From Candidatus Poribacteria bacterium (GTDB taxonomy: Bacteria; Poribacteria; WGA-4E; WGA-3G), in the NCBI GenBank assembly GCA_965197475.1, contig CBDANF010000003.1:1376001-1440000 (forward strand): a DNA stretch of 64,000 nucleotides, written 5' to 3'. Each line of letters opens with the position of its first letter. The first letter of the stretch is position 1. Shown here piece by piece: positions 58,611 through 64,000 of the stretch. A program made the translations under genes and the position numbers. The notes below the pieces were generated by a model. That model was given only the letters and a program-made list of their open reading frames with translations, did not search any database and was not told where the DNA came from.

Positions 58611-60048
58611 ATTTGGTGCCCCAGGTACATTTATAGATCCAAAAGTAGGTCTAATTGAAGCAGGTCCTTTTGACCGACGTTTCGGGGCCGCTCATAAAAG
58701 AGAGGTCCGCGTTGGTTTCGTTGGCAACACAGAAATATTAAATAAAGGCTATAAATGGATTGAAAGGTGTTGCAAAGTAATTCCAACAGAGATTAAAGAC
58801 TCTCCACAATACCAGGATTTTCCTGGTTTTCAAGATATTTTTCACGCTACACTTGAGTTAAGAAACCAGTGGGTAAAAACAATTGACAACAAAAAACTTG
58901 AAAGAGCATTAGCAATAAAGAATTCAAAAAGCCGTTTTGAGGATGTATTGAATCTTTATACCGATGGTATAGATAAGTTGGTCAATTGCACTGAAACTCG
59001 TCCTGACATAGTAATGTGTTGTTTGCCTAATGAGGTCATCCAAACATGTTGGAGCATTTCAAGTAATCTGACTCCTAGACAACTTGAATCCATCAAGAAA
59101 CGTAAGGCTGAGCGTGAGCGTGGGCAACTTTCTTTATTTGAAGACATAGAAGAAACCGAAGAAGACCTGCTGAATCGGAATTTTAGACGGGCATTGAAAG
59201 CACGGACAATGAAATATGAAATGCCAATTCAAATTGGAACTGAGAGATTGTTTGAAGATATGGAAACTAGTCAAGAAGCGGCTACAAGAGCATGGAACAT
59301 GAGTGTGGCACTCTATTACAAAGCGGGAGGAATACCGTGGCGTTTTAAGGTAGACGGACCAGAAACCTGCTTTGTCGGTATCAGTTTTCATCACTTACGA
59401 ACTCCTTCACAACATCTTGTCTATTCAAGTTTAGCACAAGCTTTTTCAAGCCGGGGCGAAGGATTCGCGCTTCGCGGCGAACCTATCCCTAGAGATGAAA
59501 AACAGGGATGGAATGTGCACTTAACAGAGGACCAATCAGCTAAACTAGCAAACAAAGTACTTCAAGAATACAATGAACAGATAGGCGGTAATCCACAACG
59601 TGTTGTACTTCATAAAACATCAAAATTTGACGACTCTGAACAAGATGGGTTCCGACACGGTTTCCGTGACATTCCCATAGTCGAATTAATTAACATTATG
59701 CCGACACAATTTCGGCTATTAACTTATGGAGCATATCCTCCGAGAAGAGGCACCTTGTGTACAGTCAATAAGGAAGCCACATATCTATTCACTACAGGCT
59801 ATATGCCTGAATGGCGGACTTACCCTGGACCTCACATTCCTGCTCCAGTAAGACTAATGAGTAACGATGACGTTGACATGCATCAGGTCGCCTCAGATAT
59901 ATTAGGACTCGCCCGCATGAACTGGAATACTGCAAGCATGAGCAGTTCCCACCCTGTAACGTTATTTTTCTCTCGGCGAGTCGGAGGCATCATGGCGGAG
60001 GTAGGAGAAATTGAAAAACCCCGTCCATCTTTCCGTTATTATATGTAA
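58564..60048 (+). CDS. ago: Short prokaryotic Argonaute (MID-PIWI, catalytically inactive)
   Basis: 494 aa; P.IEFG, GPFD, FPGF, FRRALKA..PIQI, WN..ALYYKAGGIPW, CFVGISF (D>S), VVLHKTS (D lost), YPPRRGT, LARMNWN, PVTL, C-terminal FRYYM. Confidence 0.95.
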   Translation: MLIQMQINQLPTPEIEFGAPGTFIDPKVGLIEAGPFDRRFGAAHKREVRVGFVGNTEILNKGYKWIERCCKVIPTEIKDSPQYQDFPGFQDIFHATLELRNQWVKTIDNKKLERALAIKNSKSRFEDVLNLYTDGIDKLVNCTETRPDIVMCCLPNEVIQTCWSISSNLTPRQLESIKKRKAERERGQLSLFEDIEETEEDLLNRNFRRALKARTMKYEMPIQIGTERLFEDMETSQEAATRAWNMSVALYYKAGGIPWRFKVDGPETCFVGISFHHLRTPSQHLVYSSLAQAFSSRGEGFALRGEPIPRDEKQGWNVHLTEDQSAKLANKVLQEYNEQIGGNPQRVVLHKTSKFDDSEQDGFRHGFRDIPIVELINIMPTQFRLLTYGAYPPRRGTLCTVNKEATYLFTTGYMPEWRTYPGPHIPAPVRLMSNDDVDMHQVASDILGLARMNWNTASMSSSHPVTLFFSRRVGGIMAEVGEIEKPRPSFRYYM

Positions 60049-60154
60049 ATCATAAAATTGTTATACAACTGACGATGTTCAGGCGTTTGATTGACAAACA
60101 GTGAAATGGTTGAGAGACTGTAATAAAATTTAGACATCTCCCAAAGGAAACCCA

Positions 60155-61765
60155 ATGCCCACACTTGACTTCAAAGGCAAACAATTCATATACGCACACC
60201 ACCTCACCGTCCCCTTCCGCAAACCGGAAATAGACGCAGAAAAATCCCTCACAGGCGAAAAACCTCCATCATTAGACGATAACCTCATTATTCACGGTGA
60301 CAACCTACATGCCTTAAAAGCACTCCTCCCCGTATACGCTGGCAAAATCAAGTGTATCTATATTGACCCGCCTTACAACACTGGCAACGAAAATTGGGTT
60401 TACAATGATAACGTCAATAGTCCGATGATGAGAACGTGGCTTGAGAAAAACAGTCCGATTGATATTGAAGATTTGGAACGGCACGATAAGTGGTTGTGTA
60501 TGATGTGGCCTCGGTTACACTTATTGCGTGAGTTGCTATCCGATGATGGCGTAATTTTCATCTCAATTGATGATAATGAACAGCATCGTTTGCGGATGTT
60601 AATGGATGAGATTTTTGGAGCAGAAAATTTTGTAACTAACATAATTTGGCAGAAAAAATTTAGTCCGCAAAATGATGCCAAGTATTTTTCCGATAATCAT
60701 GATTTTGTGGTTTGTTACGCAAAGGATAAAGAAACATGGCGGCCGGTTCTTCTACCTCGAACTGAAAAGCACAACAAGCGATATTCTAATCCTGACAACG
60801 ACCCGCGGGGACCTTGGAGTTCAAGTGGATTAGATGTAAAAACCTATCAAGAAGAATATGACTATCCGATCACTACTCCATCAGGACGAATTGTTAATCC
60901 TCCAACAAGTAGGTGCTGGAGGTGCAGCAAAGAGAAATTTGATGAACTTATTAATGACAATAGGATATGGTTTGGTGAAGAGGGTAATAATGTCCCTCGC
61001 GTAAAGCGTTTTCTATCAGAAGTTAAACAAGGCATCACACCTTTAACTGTATGGTTATATGAAGATGTTGGACATACTCAGAGTGCAACACAAGGACTTA
61101 ATAAAATTGGTGTTGCATTTTCAAACCCAAAACCACATACATTGATAGAACGCATATTACAAATTGGTACTGACCCCGATTCAATTATTCTGGACTCCTT
61201 CGCGGGCAGCGGCACCACTGCCCATGCTGTGCTTGCACTCAACAAAGCGGATGGCGGTAACCGAAAGTTTATCCTCGTTGAATGCGAAGATTACGCTGAC
61301 GACATCACCGCCGAACGCGTCCGCCGCGTCATAAATGGCATTGAAAATGCCAAAGATGAAAACTTGCAAAAAGGACTCGGTGGTTCCTTCACCTACTGCA
61401 CACTCGGTGAAACGATTGACACTGAGGGAATGCTTACTGGCGACTCACTTCCCACATACCAAACCTTAGCGAACTATGTTGCTTATACGGCTACCGGCAG
61501 TAATTTGCAGGTCAAAGCAAAGCAGAAAAATTATTGCTTCGGTGAAACAAAGGATATCCGCTTCTATCTCATCTATGAACCGACACTTGAATTTTTAGAG
61601 AGCAACAAGTCCGCTTTAGATGCGAAACGCGCTGAGCAGATAGCTGAGGAATGCAAAGCGACAGGCAAAAAAGCCTACGTCTATGCGTCTCATAAGTTTA
61701 TGAGCCAGAAAGAACTTACACCGATGGGTATTACCTTCTGCCAACTCCCCTACAGCATCTATTAA
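60155..61765 (+). CDS. mod: Type III R-M adenine methyltransferase (Mod)
   Basis: IHGDNLHALKAL, YIDPPYNTG, FISIDDNE, NPKP, LDSFAGSGTTAHAVL (beta-class order). Confidence 0.95.
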   Translation: MPTLDFKGKQFIYAHHLTVPFRKPEIDAEKSLTGEKPPSLDDNLIIHGDNLHALKALLPVYAGKIKCIYIDPPYNTGNENWVYNDNVNSPMMRTWLEKNSPIDIEDLERHDKWLCMMWPRLHLLRELLSDDGVIFISIDDNEQHRLRMLMDEIFGAENFVTNIIWQKKFSPQNDAKYFSDNHDFVVCYAKDKETWRPVLLPRTEKHNKRYSNPDNDPRGPWSSSGLDVKTYQEEYDYPITTPSGRIVNPPTSRCWRCSKEKFDELINDNRIWFGEEGNNVPRVKRFLSEVKQGITPLTVWLYEDVGHTQSATQGLNKIGVAFSNPKPHTLIERILQIGTDPDSIILDSFAGSGTTAHAVLALNKADGGNRKFILVECEDYADDITAERVRRVINGIENAKDENLQKGLGGSFTYCTLGETIDTEGMLTGDSLPTYQTLANYVAYTATGSNLQVKAKQKNYCFGETKDIRFYLIYEPTLEFLESNKSALDAKRAEQIAEECKATGKKAYVYASHKFMSQKELTPMGITFCQLPYSIY

Positions 61766-61783
61766 ATCAAAAAGTCATAAAAA

Positions 61784-64000
61784 ATGGAACTGAAAGATTA
61801 CCAACAACAAGCATTAGAGGCGTTAGACCGCTACCTTGAGGCATTGAAGGAAGCGCATCTGCAATTGGATAAAGTTGCCAAGATTCTCTCATCAGATGAA
61901 GTCCCCGATAGTTTGAGAAATTATCCCCTTCAAGCATGGGAGAGTTTACGCAAAAAATCGGGGTTGCCGGGTGTGCCAGACAAAAATGGTGAGAACCATA
62001 TTCCAGAATATATTTCACGTGAAGCCGCCTCTGGCGAACCGATCCCGCATGTCTGCTTGAAAGTGCCAACAGGTGGCGGAAAAACGTTGTTAGGTGTAGA
62101 GGCGGTACGGCGACTTAAAATCGGCACAGGATTTTTGCTTTGGATTGTGCCAACTAAAGCCATCTATACCCAAACGTGGGATGCTTTTAGCGATAGAGAT
62201 CATCCGTATCGTCAGATTTTGGATCGCGCTTCTGGTGACCGCGTCAAACTCCTTGAAAAAGACGATAGATTTACAAAGCAAGATGTTAAAAATCACCTCT
62301 GCGTGATGCTTCTGATGCTACCCTCTGCAAACAGAGAGAAAAACAAAGAATTTCTGAAAATATTTCGTGATAGCAGCGGTTATGATTCTTTCTTCCCTAT
62401 TGAAGACGATATTAGGAAACATCAGGCGTTATCGGAGGAACACCCCGACCTTGAAACAGCAGCAATCGACGAACCCGGACAGATGCGTGGTATGTTCGCA
62501 GCAAACCCTGCAGATAGACTGATTAAGCAGAGTCTTATTAATGTACTAAAATTGATACGACCAACGGTGATTTTAGACGAAGCACATAAGGCTTATGGAA
62601 GCAAAAAAGTTGAAAACAACCGGGAGTTTGTGGCAGCAGTGAATCGCCTGAATCCGCGCTTTGTGTTGGAGTTATCTGCCACGCCTCAACTTGGTATCAG
62701 CAACATTCTTGTCAATATCCCCGGTACTGCTCTTAAAGATGAGGAAATGATTAAAATTCCGATTCAACTTCGGAATTTTCCCAATTCCGATTGGAAATGG
62801 ACACTTGCTAAAGCAAAGACAGAACGTGATAAACTTGAAGAGGCAGCAAAGCAGTTTCAGCACGCAGAAAACCGCTATATCCGCCCCATTGCTGTAATTC
62901 GGGTTGATCGGACCGGTAAAAAGCAGCGTGACGGTGTTAAGGTGCATGCATTAGATGCCCGCGATGAACTTATCAAGGTACTTGGCGTTCCAGAGGAGCA
63001 CGTCAAAATTAAATCCTCTGAACAGGATGAACTCGCGGGTGTTGATCTGCTCAGTCCTTTTTGCCCCGTTCGCTACATCATCACAAAAGATGCACTAAAA
63101 GAGGGATGGGATTGTCCATTTGCCTATCAATTGGCACTGCTTGATAACACCACTGCACAAACCGCTATGACGCAGCTTATCGGTAGAGTTATGCGGCAAC
63201 CGCATGCCCGCGCAACGAATCAACCAGAATTAGATACTTGTTATATCTATTGCTTTAATCAGGAAGTAGGCGATGCTGTTGACAACGTCAAAAAAGGTTT
63301 AGAGGCGGAAGGGTTAACAGGACTTGCGGAATACGTTGAAAGCACGGATGCGGAGCGTGAAAAGAAAAATATCCAGCGCAGGAAAAAATACCGTGAGATA
63401 GATATTTTTCTGCCACAAGTAATGCACAAACGGGGGCGTAGTTGGGACATGCTAAATTATGAGCGTGACATTCTCAGTGCGATTGATTGGAGTCAACTCG
63501 AAGCGGTGGAACCGGTAAATTTGGACGACAAGGAACTCCTACAAGAAATTCGCGCGACTATCCATTTGCAAGACCATGACAAACCAGAAAAAATCATATT
63601 AGAGAATACATCTCAAAAATTGGAAATATCGTTTTTTGTTAGGCGTTTGAACGATGTTATCCCGAATCCTTGGCAAGCGGCGCGTATCGTCAAAGCCACT
63701 CTCCAAGCGTATCGGGAACAAGGCACTGATGAGAACAAGTTATTTGCAAATCGGTTGTATCTCTCCGAAGTTTTGAAGAACAAACTCCGTACACAGATAG
63801 AGTCTCTCGCTGAAACTATTTTCCGAGAGAAACTGGATAATAATAAAATTAGGTTTAGTCTTGAAACAGATGTAGAGTTGAATTTTGAGTTGGAAAAAAC
63901 GATTGAAGTTTATCTCACAAAAAACCCAAAACGTTTAACGCGTTCGGATAATAGTCCCGTGCAGCTTAACCTATTTAACCCAGTGTACGAAGCAGAATTC
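61784..64000 (+). CDS. res: Type III R-M restriction helicase/endonuclease (Res), runs off window
   Basis: Read by hand from ATG 61784: MELKDYQQ, CLKVPTGGGKT, ILDEAHKAY, ELSATP, LKEGWDC, QLIGRVMRQP. No stop noticed before 64000. Confidence 0.9.
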   Translation, partial: MELKDYQQQALEALDRYLEALKEAHLQLDKVAKILSSDEVPDSLRNYPLQAWESLRKKSGLPGVPDKNGENHIPEYISREAASGEPIPHVCLKVPTGGGKTLLGVEAVRRLKIGTGFLLWIVPTKAIYTQTWDAFSDRDHPYRQILDRASGDRVKLLEKDDRFTKQDVKNHLCVMLLMLPSANREKNKEFLKIFRDSSGYDSFFPIEDDIRKHQALSEEHPDLETAAIDEPGQMRGMFAANPADRLIKQSLINVLKLIRPTVILDEAHKAYGSKKVENNREFVAAVNRLNPRFVLELSATPQLGISNILVNIPGTALKDEEMIKIPIQLRNFPNSDWKWTLAKAKTERDKLEEAAKQFQHAENRYIRPIAVIRVDRTGKKQRDGVKVHALDARDELIKVLGVPEEHVKIKSSEQDELAGVDLLSPFCPVRYIITKDALKEGWDCPFAYQLALLDNTTAQTAMTQLIGRVMRQPHARATNQPELDTCYIYCFNQEVGDAVDNVKKGLEAEGLTGLAEYVESTDAEREKKNIQRRKKYREIDIFLPQVMHKRGRSWDMLNYERDILSAIDWSQLEAVEPVNLDDKELLQEIRATIHLQDHDKPEKIILENTSQKLEISFFVRRLNDVIPNPWQAARIVKATLQAYREQGTDENKLFANRLYLSEVLKNKLRTQIESLAETIFREKLDNNKIRFSLETDVELNFELEKTIEVYLTKNPKRLTRSDNSPVQLNLFNPVYEAEF

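Noticed and set aside
63955-63985. QLNLF in Res (and ELSLF in the SIR2 effector linker) as clamp-binding motifs
   Set aside because: Non-consensus matches, in Res probably within a folded family region. They show such pentamers can occur by chance, so only the exact pAgo QLSLF was kept.
1-64000. tRNA or rRNA genes
   Set aside because: No cloverleaf or rRNA-like conserved sequence was recognised by eye in the intergenic regions.

Overview
Bacterial chromosome window, probably from Candidatus Poribacteria or a relative. This is inferred from the C-terminal 'K(L/V)TTTWxx(I/L)K' motif on secreted proteins, PorV plus T9SS-like CTD genes and GTAG-type REPs. 1-2.6 kb: right part of a passenger-carrying IS1595 element. 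2.7-16.6 kb: a minus-strand TolC / NEW3-domain / ABC-exporter cluster in decay (two IS5-family insertions with 3-bp TSDs, nonsense and frameshift lesions, an IS remnant). 16.7-21.4 kb: housekeeping genes (nnr, Ldh_2-family and Gfo/Idh/MocA oxidoreductases). 21.8-38.4 kb: a 5203-aa Ig-repeat surface protein with hierarchical tandem repeats and a T9SS-like C-terminal domain, followed by a PorV-family gene. 38.5-55.2 kb: nadA, a complete second IS1595 element with different passengers, thrC, scpB/scpA, site-2 protease, CCA-adding-type nucleotidyltransferase, cyclase and a cNMP-PP2C phosphatase. 55.8-64 kb: a defence island. It holds a short catalytically inactive prokaryotic Argonaute, translationally coupled to an unusual SIR2 / HATPase(RecG-C-like) / APAZ effector, then a type III R-M mod-res pair. 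The main highlights are this pAgo system, whose Argonaute carries an exact QLSLF sliding-clamp-binding motif, and a conserved antisense-RNA/RBS-switch architecture in the leaders of both IS1595 transposases. All calls are by eye from motifs; no searches were run.
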